Of a stretch of DNA of 64,000 nt, positions 42,727-53,333 are shown piece by piece. The notes below the pieces were generated by a model. That model was not told where the DNA came from. It was given only the letters and a program-made list of their open reading frames with translations, and did no database searches. Positions within the stretch are counted from its first letter, which is position 1. Each line of letters begins with the position of its first letter. The stretch spans positions 1-64,000 of IMG/VR virus record IMGVR_UViG_3300049460_000128. One strand, given 5' to 3'. A program made the position numbers and the translations under genes.

Positions 42727-44271
42727 TCATTCGGCTTTCGCTTTTTTGGCTTCCGCTTTTGCTTTCTTCTCCAATGCTTCAACTACCACATCCTCGACCT
42801 TAGTGGCCGCGCTTCGGTAATCAACCTTGGACAGCGTAATTGGATATTCGGCATCACGATAGAACTCTTTCCGCTTAGTCAAGTGCTTGGCACTGAACTT
42901 CATATTGCTGGTAAGATCCCAGATGTCAACCGCATCCTTATCGTTTGCTTTACGAATACCACGACCGATGGTCTGAATAACCCTCACGAAGCTCTTGCCA
43001 GGCTCAACCATGATTACGTGAAACAATCGAGGTACGTTCAAACCAACCGCAGCCACGCCATATGTTGCAATCAATACTTTGTTGGTTGCCGTTTGGACTT
43101 CCTTGTATTGATCCACACGATCTTGGTTCTTGGTGCCGCCATTCACGAATGCACTATCTGGAATCATGCTTTGGAGCAGTTCACCAGTTTCGATCTTGTT
43201 GACCAGAATTAACGTGTTGCCTTGTTTTGCAATCTCTTGTGTGAGCTTTGCCATCCATTCAATTCGCTTGTAGTCGGTAGTCAGGTACATACTTTCACTC
43301 GCGTAATCGTTGTACTCAACATGACTGTCATCTGTCTGAATAGCATGCACGTGACATTGTGCCAATACACCTTGTTCTTGCAGATCGGATGCACGGATCT
43401 CGCCTACAATCGGTCCAAGGCTTGACAACAGTGTCATCTGCGCGTCTTCTTCCTTCGGAATAGTACCTGTGAGGCCGATTCGAATTGGAATGTGCGCCAT
43501 GGGCCCTACCAGCAATTCTTTTAAAACATTGCCTTTTGCGCTGTGGACTTCGTCGACGATAATTGCCGCAACACCGTCTACCATATCCCAAATCGTGAAC
43601 TCTTCTTCAAGTGCATCCTTGCTGTTTTTCATCAAGGCTGATACGCTTTGCCAAGTACAGATCGTGTGGGTACGACCCAGTTCTTTCCGTTCGCCAAAGA
43701 ACACACCAACGTCAAGGCCTAAGTTCACATAGTCTTCTTCAGTCTGTACCACCAAGCTCTTACTTGGAACGATAACGATCGACCGACCATATTTCTCGGC
43801 AAGGATGGACAGCGTTGCAGTCATCAGCGTTTTACCCGCACCAGTACTGATACTCTGGATACATTGCTGATGCTTCATGTAGCGATTGACTGCATCGACC
43901 TGATAGTCGCGCAGCATGATTGGTTTACCTTCAGCCACGTGACCTTTTGGCCATACGCGATCAGCCAGGAACAGCTCATCAACCTCTTCGAATTCGTAGG
44001 TGATTTGTGGACGCTCATCTTGAATGTCAACTTCGTATCCTTCACCAATTACGATCGGCAACAGAATATCAAGCAGGTTCAAATATGATGCACCACTCAC
44101 TTGGAAGAACGAGATGGTTCCGTCCCATCGACCCAGTTTGAATGCTGGTGTATGACGTGCATGAGGGAGGAAAAATTTCACACTCTCAACCAGTTTACGG
44201 CGAGTGTGAGGATCAAGGTCAACAAACTTAATGTTGACTTGATCAATGATTCGTAATGTACATTTTGCCAT
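42727..44271 (-). CDS. uvsW: UvsW-like SF2 DNA helicase
   Basis: LRDYQ, STGAGKT, DEVH, GLTGT, QTIGRGIR. Confidence 0.9.
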   Translation of the reverse strand: MAKCTLRIIDQVNIKFVDLDPHTRRKLVESVKFFLPHARHTPAFKLGRWDGTISFFQVSGASYLNLLDILLPIVIGEGYEVDIQDERPQITYEFEEVDELFLADRVWPKGHVAEGKPIMLRDYQVDAVNRYMKHQQCIQSISTGAGKTLMTATLSILAEKYGRSIVIVPSKSLVVQTEEDYVNLGLDVGVFFGERKELGRTHTICTWQSVSALMKNSKDALEEEFTIWDMVDGVAAIIVDEVHSAKGNVLKELLVGPMAHIPIRIGLTGTIPKEEDAQMTLLSSLGPIVGEIRASDLQEQGVLAQCHVHAIQTDDSHVEYNDYASESMYLTTDYKRIEWMAKLTQEIAKQGNTLILVNKIETGELLQSMIPDSAFVNGGTKNQDRVDQYKEVQTATNKVLIATYGVAAVGLNVPRLFHVIMVEPGKSFVRVIQTIGRGIRKANDKDAVDIWDLTSNMKFSAKHLTKRKEFYRDAEYPITLSKVDYRSAATKVEDVVVEALEKKAKAEAKKAKAE

Positions 44272-44432
44272 TTGTTATTTTTGTTATGTGGTCTCTTTCA
44301 TGATTCGAATACTCAGCAGACAGCATTATCGTACTGTGAAGTATTTATTGGGTGGGGAGTTTGTTTGATAGAATCAAACATGACACAAACCTGAGTTATG
44401 ATACTTGATAGACTCAGGTTTGCAAAATTGAA

Positions 44433-44669
44433 TTAACGGTATTTGTTGAAGGTGTAGTGCGCGGAAAGTTCATACATGTCTACCTGAAGCTCTTCAGACA
44501 TGCGTCGTACGGCCTCTACTTCGGCTTCGTTTAAGGTAGCGATTACGGTACGATTGGTTGCAGTTTGGGCGCCCATCGAGGCGGCGATGTCCAGTCGCTG
44601 TCGATGCGTGGCAACGACTTCGGGACTATTGAGAAAGCGGGTTTGGGATGAGTTTAAGATGGTTGGCAT
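44433..44669 (-). CDS. hypothetical protein
   Basis: AGGAG RBS. Confidence 0.65.
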   Translation of the reverse strand: MPTILNSSQTRFLNSPEVVATHRQRLDIAASMGAQTATNRTVIATLNEAEVEAVRRMSEELQVDMYELSAHYTFNKYR

Positions 44670-44717
44670 ATGATCTCCTATATGCCAACACTACATGGAT
44701 CACGAGTTGATTACAAA

Positions 44718-45020
44718 TTATTTCTCGCAGTTTTGATAGCCCAAACGAGCCGCCATCTGAAACGGCAAATGGCCATCTAGCATGAATGTGGTCAACTCAG
44801 CCAATTGTGCATCCGAGAGGCGATACCGCGAGTTACAGAGTTCATACAAGGCGTTGTGGGATTGAACTGAGCCAGACTTGTTGCGATGATAATAGGCCAT
44901 GGCTCCCTTCTCAGCAGCCAATTGAATAAGTCTAGCCAATGACAAGAATTCAGGCTCCATACCAGCCTGTATGAAACCCTGCATGTCAGCTGTCGTCAGT
45001 ATGTGTTCATTTTTCTTCAT
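44718..45020 (-). CDS. hypothetical protein
   Basis: Start MKKNEH. Confidence 0.6.
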   Translation of the reverse strand: MKKNEHILTTADMQGFIQAGMEPEFLSLARLIQLAAEKGAMAYYHRNKSGSVQSHNALYELCNSRYRLSDAQLAELTTFMLDGHLPFQMAARLGYQNCEK

Positions 45021-45879
45021 TGTCTTCTTCAAAGAAGTATGCACGCGAGGTCAGCATGTCAACGTTCACATTGAGGATCTTGCCAATTTTCGATGGCAAT
45101 ACTGTTGTCAGACCAAGCCCGGCAACCTGCGACTTATTGGTGTTGTCCGGGGCCAATGCGCGGGCGATGCGATTACTTGAATTGATGGCATCGATCATGG
45201 CAACTACACGTTTTTCCGTTGACCAGTATTTGATACGATTAACTGGCGTATGCAGATCCAAGTAGAAGCCCATCACACAGTAGGGGAATTCTTTGGCAAG
45301 ATTTTCCAATGTGTAGCTCAAACGCGGCTTATTGCGGTGCTGTTGACGCTGACCGTCGTCGTTATTATGCCATACCATGAAATCGTAGTGATGGGGCACA
45401 AAAATCAACACACGATCACGCGCATGGTTTTTCATTGTCATCAATGTCTTGTCGTCCTTGACTACAATGACCTTGGCCGTGATTGGTTGCAGGGGATCAA
45501 CAACTGTCTGATATTCGATACCAAAATGCGGTAGCAGCACTTCCCACATCACACTGTCTTGATCATCCAATATGACAACGTCTCGTCCACTAGACAATGC
45601 CCCAATGAGAACTATTTCGCAAATCTCAAGATCAGTCATGGATCCAATTACCGCACGATAATCAGTATCGGCAATGAACTGCACGACCTCTTGTTGCCTT
45701 GCATTCAGCTCGTGATTGAGATTACCAACTAGCTGTTCTTTGACAAATGCTGGATCCAGCAGGTCGCGAGTTACATGATTCATAATCCGCGGGTCGAGGT
45801 CGACCGGGATGATAGAATTCAGATACGAGAGACGACGTGCCACCTTACCCGACATAGGGATTTTGAAATCCAAATTCAT
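45007..45879 (-). CDS. hypothetical protein (possible degenerate helicase lobe)
   Basis: ELNARQQEVVQFI Q-motif-like, no Walker A. Confidence 0.65.
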   Translation of the reverse strand: MNLDFKIPMSGKVARRLSYLNSIIPVDLDPRIMNHVTRDLLDPAFVKEQLVGNLNHELNARQQEVVQFIADTDYRAVIGSMTDLEICEIVLIGALSSGRDVVILDDQDSVMWEVLLPHFGIEYQTVVDPLQPITAKVIVVKDDKTLMTMKNHARDRVLIFVPHHYDFMVWHNNDDGQRQQHRNKPRLSYTLENLAKEFPYCVMGFYLDLHTPVNRIKYWSTEKRVVAMIDAINSSNRIARALAPDNTNKSQVAGLGLTTVLPSKIGKILNVNVDMLTSRAYFFEEDNEEK

Positions 45880-46544
45880 ACTACTTGGCCGTTCATTAAA
45901 TTGAATACAACATGTGCAAGGAGAGGATTATTACAGATATTCACGTATACTGTTTCTTCATCATCATCCATCACCACGGTACTTGGTTGTGTCTTGCTAT
46001 TCGTACAAAGGGTCAGATACTCAGCAGTGTCATTATCAAAGTTGAATTTGTGACGACGAATAACGTCGAATACGCGCTCAAGGTTATCTTCAACTACGGG
46101 CACAATCCAGATGCGTTGCTCTGGATTCCAGCAGGTATTTGAACCAAGCTGCGACTTTTGATGAATGAATGGTTGCTTGACTGACAGATTGCGCAAATCG
46201 GAAACTACCGTGGGATCACGCTTGAAGCGGAATGCCAGCTTGTTCATTCCCACATAACGTACCTCGCGTGGCACGTTCGTGCTTTGATACGGAGTTCTTT
46301 GGTAGCGGGGATTTTGAATGGCAGCAGTCACATCGTCACGCGAAAGTCGCATGACCTTGGCCAAGCTAGCCAAGTGATTGCTTGCATTCTTGCAAATTAT
46401 TTCACTTTGCTTGGTAGACAACGCATTGCCATTTTGCAGATGTGATGCCACATTGCCAACAAAGTTCGTCAGCCAGTTATCACGAATTGTTTGATTAGCA
46501 ACCAGCAGCGTGAGGCCACGGAGTAAATCTTCTACTGAAGTCAT
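45876..46544 (-). CDS. hypothetical protein
   Basis: ALSTKQ; WNPEQRIWIV HARP-like segment. Confidence 0.7.
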   Translation of the reverse strand: MTSVEDLLRGLTLLVANQTIRDNWLTNFVGNVASHLQNGNALSTKQSEIICKNASNHLASLAKVMRLSRDDVTAAIQNPRYQRTPYQSTNVPREVRYVGMNKLAFRFKRDPTVVSDLRNLSVKQPFIHQKSQLGSNTCWNPEQRIWIVPVVEDNLERVFDVIRRHKFNFDNDTAEYLTLCTNSKTQPSTVVMDDDEETVYVNICNNPLLAHVVFNLMNGQVV

Positions 46545-46618
46545 TGACCTTATCCCAGTTAAAAACGCCACCATAGTATAACATCACAGTGGCGTTTCAG
46601 TGGTATCAGTTTGCCACA

Positions 46619-47953
46619 TTATCCAACATTCACTTGGGCAGCTGGCGTTTCCTGCGAAGCGATGACCTCAGACAGATCAATGATCTTGGGTTCGTATGCT
46701 TTTGTCTTGCCGCTGTCGGATTCGTCACCAGGCACGCTTGCGACAAGTTTGCGCTTAGTGAACGTAGTATCGTTCAAAAGAGCGCGGGATGACAACAGGG
46801 TCAAGTCTGCAACTCGTGCCCAATTACCATGAAGCAAACACAGCTTACCAATCTTCTCTACTGAGCGAATGCTAACCTCACGCAGGTTAAGAAGATTCTG
46901 GGTGAAGTAATCCATGGTCTCTTTCACCTGCGGCGCAGCCAAGCCCAATTTCTCCAACACATCCTTGTCTTTGCACTGGTGCTCAATCCACAAGAACTTG
47001 TCACGCAGCGAGTTCATGGTCAGATCCAGATAATACGTGCGATCCATCAAAGCCCGTAAGTGTTCCGTGAGAGCATTTTCACGCTTACTATCAAGATCAT
47101 CGAAGTTGATATTGGTAATAAAGATGATAGATCCCTTGAATACAAAGCGAGGCGGAGCTTCCATGCGATTGATGTATGGCGAGCTCCAGGTGAGTACGCG
47201 ATCTTTGCCGGAAATGTCCATTGCTTTCTTAAGCAAATTCAACGAGTCCTCGTTCTGCAATACGCTATCGCAGTCGTCAAATACCACGACTGACCGTTCT
47301 TCGGCAGCTTTCCACAAAATATCATACAGACCAGTTGGGCTTACTTTGCCGGAAATGAACTTGTAGCGAAGGTCGAATTGTTCCGCATATTTGGTTTCAT
47401 CTACTGGTTCCAATTTCTCACCCAAGTAGGTGGGAACAAAGTTCAACCGCTTCATAACGTCAGGTTCGTACAAAACATTCATGAGCGAGTTTTCAACACC
47501 CCAGCTTTTACCAACCCCGGGCGGACCACTGATGATAACACTTGTGATGTGACCCTCAGCGGCACTTTGGACCAGATAGTTCATGGTGTCAAAGCGTTCA
47601 GCAATACGAGCCTTAATGTATTCATCGTCGGGTCCATGCAGACTATCAATGAAGTCATCCATTGTGGCATCTGGTGTTTCAACCAATACCGTGGGTGCTT
47701 TCACGATGTGACTGATCTTAGGCAATACTTGCAGCTCGCCTTCCGTCACAGCAAAGTCACTTTCGCCGTTGATGAAGATTTTGAACACTCGTTTGGGAAA
47801 GCCTTTGACTGGCACGCCGTCAACCTGGATATAGCGCCCTTTCTTATTGGTGCCGATAGTGCTGTCAATGAGAGGGAATTGCACATTCAGGATGTCACGG
47901 AATTTTTCCTTACCAGTGCTGAACTTACCGCGATGTACTGTTACTAGTTTCAT
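46619..47953 (-). CDS. AAA-type P-loop ATPase
   Basis: IISGPPGVGKS, VVFDDCD, IIFITN, ALMDR. Confidence 0.88.
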   Translation of the reverse strand: MKLVTVHRGKFSTGKEKFRDILNVQFPLIDSTIGTNKKGRYIQVDGVPVKGFPKRVFKIFINGESDFAVTEGELQVLPKISHIVKAPTVLVETPDATMDDFIDSLHGPDDEYIKARIAERFDTMNYLVQSAAEGHITSVIISGPPGVGKSWGVENSLMNVLYEPDVMKRLNFVPTYLGEKLEPVDETKYAEQFDLRYKFISGKVSPTGLYDILWKAAEERSVVVFDDCDSVLQNEDSLNLLKKAMDISGKDRVLTWSSPYINRMEAPPRFVFKGSIIFITNINFDDLDSKRENALTEHLRALMDRTYYLDLTMNSLRDKFLWIEHQCKDKDVLEKLGLAAPQVKETMDYFTQNLLNLREVSIRSVEKIGKLCLLHGNWARVADLTLLSSRALLNDTTFTKRKLVASVPGDESDSGKTKAYEPKIIDLSEVIASQETPAAQVNVG

Positions 47954-48038
47954 AGACTGTTAGTGTTGGGTTATGGCACCATTAGACAACATGGAGTTGA
48001 ATCATACAAGTCGCAGACATGAATAATCAATGAATAAA

Positions 48039-48410
48039 TCATTTGACTTGCAGTAAGCCATTTAGTTTCAATATGGCCGCGTTTGCATCATCGAGCTGTA
48101 ACCAATATCCGTATCGCCCGTTAGGCTCGTACTTACTGTCGGGGAAGTGGCGGTAATGGTAGTCGTATGGATCCATATCGTGTTCGTGGCCCGCCGTTAT
48201 CGACCATCCATCACCCATTTGTGGCAATCGATAAAGTTCTGAAGTGGCTGGCCCCACGTTAGCAACCAACCACTGCACTAAGGCAATATCACGAGCACTC
48301 ACACGCCAATACCGCCTCTGTTCCTTTGCGTCAAAATCGTAGATGAAGCCAGTCGTGTACCTGAAATTTGGTATTTCAAGTTTTACTGTAGCGTGGTGTT
48401 GTTTTGACAC
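48039..48410 (-). CDS. hypothetical protein
   Basis: WLVANVG...GDGW...DDANAAILKL. Confidence 0.6.
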   Translation of the reverse strand: MSKQHHATVKLEIPNFRYTTGFIYDFDAKEQRRYWRVSARDIALVQWLVANVGPATSELYRLPQMGDGWSITAGHEHDMDPYDYHYRHFPDSKYEPNGRYGYWLQLDDANAAILKLNGLLQVK

Positions 48411-48798
48411 TGTCGATTACCTTCCAACGAAGATCGTGACACAATAGACGAATATAGTGCATGACCAGAATGTTTACTGATTCCATAGTTAGCACCAATT
48501 CGCCGTGGTTATCAGGTCGAACCAATGCAGTGGCTAATTGATCATCCACAAACATTTCTTTGAGACGGATCATCCAGTCTTCTGATATGCACACTAAACA
48601 CTCATAATCTTCACGCCGCGCATGAGCGTTATCGGCCAAGTCTGATATGTTGAGATCGTACATCTTGGTGGCCATCTGATAATAATCTTGAACCTCTTGC
48701 ATGGTTTTATTGCAATAAAATGAGGTCTGCAAACGAGTTACATCCATGGTGAGGCCAATAGTGACAATGTTCGTCAGATCAGTCGTAGAAGTGTCCAT
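48376..48798 (-). CDS. paralog 4 of tandem family (diverged)
   Basis: FYCNKT..V...Y...YDLNI...YIRL...DLRW. Confidence 0.65.
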   Translation of the reverse strand: MDTSTTDLTNIVTIGLTMDVTRLQTSFYCNKTMQEVQDYYQMATKMYDLNISDLADNAHARREDYECLVCISEDWMIRLKEMFVDDQLATALVRPDNHGELVLTMESVNILVMHYIRLLCHDLRWKVIDSVKTTPRYSKT

Positions 48799-49192
48799 AA
48801 CCACCAATGTGAAGAGTTGCTCTGCGATCGTATGCCCGTTTCCACTGCAATTCTGGGTCTGACAAGCTAGCAATAGCCAGGAATATTTCACCATGTTCGT
48901 CAGTGCCAATCTTGTTGTCGGCGTCAACCAAGCTCAAAATCTTTTGGTTATCAGCAAACAGTTCATGGAAAAGATCCATGAAATCATCACTCAAAGTGCT
49001 GTCTTCATAGTCTTCACACTCGCTCGTAATGTCGATGCCATGGGCTTTCATAGCAGCATCGTACAGTTTTTCTACCGTCTGGGTGTCACGATTACACGCA
49101 TAGGTATGATTGACAGTTGAGCCATGCCCATCGCCACCTGGATCGCCCATGACCAGAACGACGCTGTGTTTCAAATCAGCAGTAGTAGCCAT
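48779..49192 (-). CDS. paralog 3 of tandem family
   Basis: GDPGGDGHG...CEDYED...SDPELQW...IGGYG. Confidence 0.8.
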   Translation of the reverse strand: MATTADLKHSVVLVMGDPGGDGHGSTVNHTYACNRDTQTVEKLYDAAMKAHGIDITSECEDYEDSTLSDDFMDLFHELFADNQKILSLVDADNKIGTDEHGEIFLAIASLSDPELQWKRAYDRRATLHIGGYGHFYD

Positions 49193-49595
49193 ATCCGCCC
49201 ACATCGATTGTATTATTGTGCGTGCTTTCTTCTTTCCACACTAGCTCTGGATCCGACAGACGTGCAATCTCCCAGTAAATTTCCACATGAGTATCTAAGT
49301 CGATACGGTTTTCACCGTAACCAGCATCCTCGATCAACTTGAGGATTTCTGGTTGATCTTTGAAGACCTCATTGAACTTGGCCACAAACTCATCGCTGAG
49401 GGTATTGCATTCATATTCCTCGCATTCGTCCACGATGTTGATGCCATATTGCTTGACAGCGTTGCCATACAGTCGACGTACGTCAGCGGCTGAGCGATTG
49501 CATGCAAAGGTTGTACTATCTGATTGTCCATGACCATCGCGACTGGTGTCGCCAGTGTCGATGATGATGGTGTGTTTAAGAGTAGAAGAGTCCAT
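49176..49595 (-). CDS. paralog 2 of tandem family
   Basis: GDTSRDGHG...CEEYE...SDPELVW...VGGYG. Confidence 0.8.
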   Translation of the reverse strand: MDSSTLKHTIIIDTGDTSRDGHGQSDSTTFACNRSAADVRRLYGNAVKQYGINIVDECEEYECNTLSDEFVAKFNEVFKDQPEILKLIEDAGYGENRIDLDTHVEIYWEIARLSDPELVWKEESTHNNTIDVGGYGYYC

Positions 49596-50007
49596 ATCCG
49601 CCTATGTAGTGAGGAGTAATATCAGGTTCAGTGTGAACCCACGTTAAATCGCGATCAATCAAACGAGCAATCATGAAGTACAATTGAACATACGTGGCCG
49701 CATCCAGCCACAAGATGTCAAGCTCGTCTTCATCTGAAGTACCAAAATTTGCATCGTAGATCCTTTGAAAATCAGCATCGTCTTTGAACACTGCTTTGAG
49801 TTGATCGAGAAAGTCATCAATCAACCAATCCGCCTCATGGTTATCGCATTGTTTAGTGAGGTGCAGATCATACATGGCACTGGCCATGGCATAACTGCTA
49901 CGCACTTCATCAATTGTGCGATTGGAGCTATAATGGCGAGTTTCACTTTGGCCATGACCAGTGCCATGTTCTGAGCCGATGCGAAGAGCGATAATATGTT
50001 GTGCCAT
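49576..50007 (-). CDS. paralog 1 of tandem family
   Basis: GSEHGTGHG...IARLIDRDLTW...IGGYG. Confidence 0.8.
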   Translation of the reverse strand: MAQHIIALRIGSEHGTGHGQSETRHYSSNRTIDEVRSSYAMASAMYDLHLTKQCDNHEADWLIDDFLDQLKAVFKDDADFQRIYDANFGTSDEDELDILWLDAATYVQLYFMIARLIDRDLTWVHTEPDITPHYIGGYGLFYS

Positions 50008-50107
50008 TTGATGCTTGTTTGTTTGCGATATCACAGAGTAGTGGGCAAACATGGCAACACAAAATTAAGTTGAAATTACCATAATACTAAATAGGTAATG
50101 AGGATAG

Positions 50108-51049
50108 GTGAAATTTATGAGACGATTGACTAACGACGAATTTGTAACAAATGCCAAACAGGTGTATGCAGACCAATACGATTATTCATTGACCGCATAC
50201 ACGACAATGATTGTCAAAGTCAAAGTACGATGTAAGAAACATGATTACGTTTTTGACGTGGCCCCAGTAAAGCACTTGAGTGGACGTGGGTGCCCAAAAT
50301 GTAAAACTGAAAAAATGTCAATACTGCATAAAATAGACACTACTGAATTTATAAAAAGAGCTCGAGCGGTACATGGCACTGAGTACGACTATACAAATAC
50401 GGTATATGTGAATAGTGCTACCAAAGTTGAAATACGGTGTGTTATACATGGCCCGTGGATGGCATCGCCCAATAATCACACAAGCAAAGCGAATAAATGC
50501 GGGTGCCCATCGTGTGGTCATACAAAAATTTCAACAAGTAAAATCAAAACAACTGACTGGTTTATATCGCAAGCAAAATCAATACACGGCGATAAATTTG
50601 ATTATTCAACTAGTCGGTATGTTGATTGGGCCACCCCTATATCGATTATCTGTCGTATTCACGGAATATTTGAACAAAAAGCCTATCAACATTTCACAAG
50701 CAATGTATGCTGTCCACAATGTACCCCGTCAGTAAGCATTGGCGAAACTGAATGGTTGGACCACATGAATATAGCGCCTGACTTTAGACAAAAACGTCTG
50801 TTCATCAATGGTAGAAACCTGTCAGTTGATGCCATAGACTATCGTACAAATACCATATACGAATACTACGGAGATTATTGGCATGGCAATCCAGAAACCA
50901 CTCACTTAGATAAAATGAATGAACATGCCAATGCTACATTTGGTGAATTATATGCCAAAACTTTAGAACGTGAGAATTTTCTAAAAGCAAATGGCTACAA
51001 CGTTGTAGCCATTTGGGAAAACGATTGGAAGAAGCTCAAGTTACAATGA
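50108..51049 (+). mobile_element. free-standing homing endonuclease (three Zn-binding repeats + C-terminal PD-(D/E)XK/Vsr-like domain)
   Basis: Repeats FI..A..VHG..YDY...C..HG...CP.C; C-term VDA...YEYYGDYWHG...IWE; AT-rich, opposite strand. Confidence 0.8.
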
Positions 51050-51508
51050 AGCGTCTTCTATTCCGGCGATTCTGAGCTTCACGACGTTGGATATTTGGTA
51101 ATGCAAGTATTCAATACCTTTACTGATGCCCAGGAATTTGTTACGCAGCAATGCCACATGATTGATCATCAATGCAAGGTCAACCACTTCAGTATCACCA
51201 GCAGCAAATTTGTCAGCATCACTAGATTTCAATTCACGATCGTATTTTTCCATGTAGAAACGGAAACGGCCAGCTCGAACTTTATCCATACGAATGTTCA
51301 GGTACTTCAAAATAGCTTCGAGCTCTTGAAGCTGATTGAATCGATACTCAGCCATACCAGGAAGCTTTTTGGCCATGACTTCGATACGACCCACGACATC
51401 TAAATCCTCCCTAGCCTCAATGAGTTGTTTCTCATAGTAGGCAAAGCAATCGACCAGGGGAGTTAGATCATCTGGGTCGGCAGTAATTTTATCATACCAA
51501 CCGCTCAT
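51041..51508 (-). CDS. uvsY: UvsY-like recombination mediator
   Basis: RFNQLQELEAIL...YDREL...KLRIAG; next to uvsX. Confidence 0.75.
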   Translation of the reverse strand: MSGWYDKITADPDDLTPLVDCFAYYEKQLIEAREDLDVVGRIEVMAKKLPGMAEYRFNQLQELEAILKYLNIRMDKVRAGRFRFYMEKYDRELKSSDADKFAAGDTEVVDLALMINHVALLRNKFLGISKGIEYLHYQISNVVKLRIAGIEDASL

Positions 51509-51510
51509 GA

Positions 51511-51762
51511 TTAATCCTCTCCCGAGTAACCGTCTTCGTCGTATTCGTCAACCGACTCTTCCACTTCTTCTTCATACAGCGTCTTGTATGCTTCTTCCAA
51601 ATACTTGTCTTCGCCGATCAGATCAGCCATATCTTCGATATCGAAGCCATATTCTTCAAACGCACGTAAATGCTGTTGGGCGATCTCCGCACGTTTTGGT
51701 GCAGGGATGATATCCCGTACAGTTTCCCAAATTTCAGAGATCAGTCTTGCTTCGCTATTCAT
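51511..51762 (-). CDS. small acidic conserved protein
   Basis: 83-aa ORF between uvsX and uvsY. Confidence 0.75.
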   Translation of the reverse strand: MNSEARLISEIWETVRDIIPAPKRAEIAQQHLRAFEEYGFDIEDMADLIGEDKYLEEAYKTLYEEEVEESVDEYDEDGYSGED

Positions 51763-52037
51763 CTTGTTCCTTTTTTATTATCAATGCGGCCGAATGTAAG
51801 GACCGCACACATTGTTGGTGATCCGCAGATCCATACCATTTATGATATCAGCAATGTTTGTCTATGCGTCATTATGCGACATGGCAAATTTACGTCAATA
51901 AACTTTTTGTTCTTTTCATGTCTGGAGGTCAACGAGATCGTCACCAAACACGACTTTGATGTGGAGATGAGGCCAACATCATTCGCCAATAAAAAAGACG
52001 GTAAACGTTTACCGTCTTTCCCATTAAGCAAGTTAGC

Positions 52038-53144
52038 TTAGTTGGCCAGTGCAGCCAAGTCGTCGTCGCTTGGGGCTTCCAGTTCAACGATGCCTTCAGC
52101 AATTACACCATCAGCATCTGCTTCTTGACGAGCATCAAACTCTTGCATCATCTGCATCAACAGTTCATCGCTGATCTGTTTGCGGAAGTGCTTGTGTTCG
52201 ACACCTTTCATGTCAATGTACTTCAGCTTATTGCCGTCCTTCTGGAACACGCCTTTCTGTTCGAAGAACTCAATCAGACCGCTGTATGGGTCCATACCAG
52301 CTTCGTATGGAATCTTGATTTCCATAGTCTCGAATGGCTTGGCGTAACGCGACTTCATGATCTTGATTGCAGCACGAATACCGTTAACTTCAGAAGTCTT
52401 GTTGCCGTCTTCGTCTTCCTTCAGCTTACGTTTGTCCATCGCAACAACGATCGATGCAGCGTAAACGATACCAGCACCACCTGACATTTTTGGATCAGGG
52501 TCAAACATGTCTTGTGACGCGTAGGTGTGGTTAGTTGCGACCATACCAATGTCGTATTCACCGAACATGTTGGTCACGTTTGTAACCAGTGCCTTGAGGG
52601 CTTTTGGCTTACGACCCATGTCGCCCTTCATTTCACCACGTTCGAACTGGTCGACGTCAGTTGCAGTCATCAACATACCCAACGAGTCAACAACGAACAT
52701 GACTTTCGGACGATTTTCCTTCGGCTCGCTTGCGTAGTTGCTCTTGTAGTCTTTCATGAAGTCACTGATGATTTTTGCCACATCATCAATCATGGAAGCG
52801 CTAATACGCAGAATTTTGTCTTCAGCGGTATCAACACCAAGAGCTTTCAACCATGCTTCGTCCAATGCGTTTTCGGTGTCGATCAGCACCACGAAGATGC
52901 CCATCTTTTGAGCTTCGCGTACGACGTTACCCGACGCGATGAAGCTCTTACCAGAACCCGAGGCACCGCCCAGGATGGTACTTTTGCCCAGCGGAATACC
53001 TTTGAAGAAGGAATTGCTGATCAGTTTGTTCAAGCAATAGTTGCCTGTAGGAACCCAAGTTTTTGGGTCATTAAAGCCAGTGCTGATATTCGGGAGTGCT
53101 TTTGTGAGGTCCTTTCGGAATTTACTGAGATCAAGAGGTTTCAT
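52038..53144 (-). CDS. uvsX: RecA/UvsX recombinase
   Basis: GASGSGKS, IDTENA, VVDSLG, TNHTY, SGG, KSR; start MKPLDL. Confidence 0.92.
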   Translation of the reverse strand: MKPLDLSKFRKDLTKALPNISTGFNDPKTWVPTGNYCLNKLISNSFFKGIPLGKSTILGGASGSGKSFIASGNVVREAQKMGIFVVLIDTENALDEAWLKALGVDTAEDKILRISASMIDDVAKIISDFMKDYKSNYASEPKENRPKVMFVVDSLGMLMTATDVDQFERGEMKGDMGRKPKALKALVTNVTNMFGEYDIGMVATNHTYASQDMFDPDPKMSGGAGIVYAASIVVAMDKRKLKEDEDGNKTSEVNGIRAAIKIMKSRYAKPFETMEIKIPYEAGMDPYSGLIEFFEQKGVFQKDGNKLKYIDMKGVEHKHFRKQISDELLMQMMQEFDARQEADADGVIAEGIVELEAPSDDDLAALAN

Positions 53145-53333
53145 TTTTGCCTTGTTATTTTTGTTATAGTGACTCAACTTCAAGTCATGTTTCATGATAG
53201 TGTGGTATCAGCATTCACTCAATATCTTTTCAGATTTTCCTGACAGGTATACCGTGAGGGCAAACATGAAAAACTTGAAGGGATGAAACTCAAAATAACG
53301 GCGAGAGGTTTTCTCGCCGTTATCGTTACCAGA

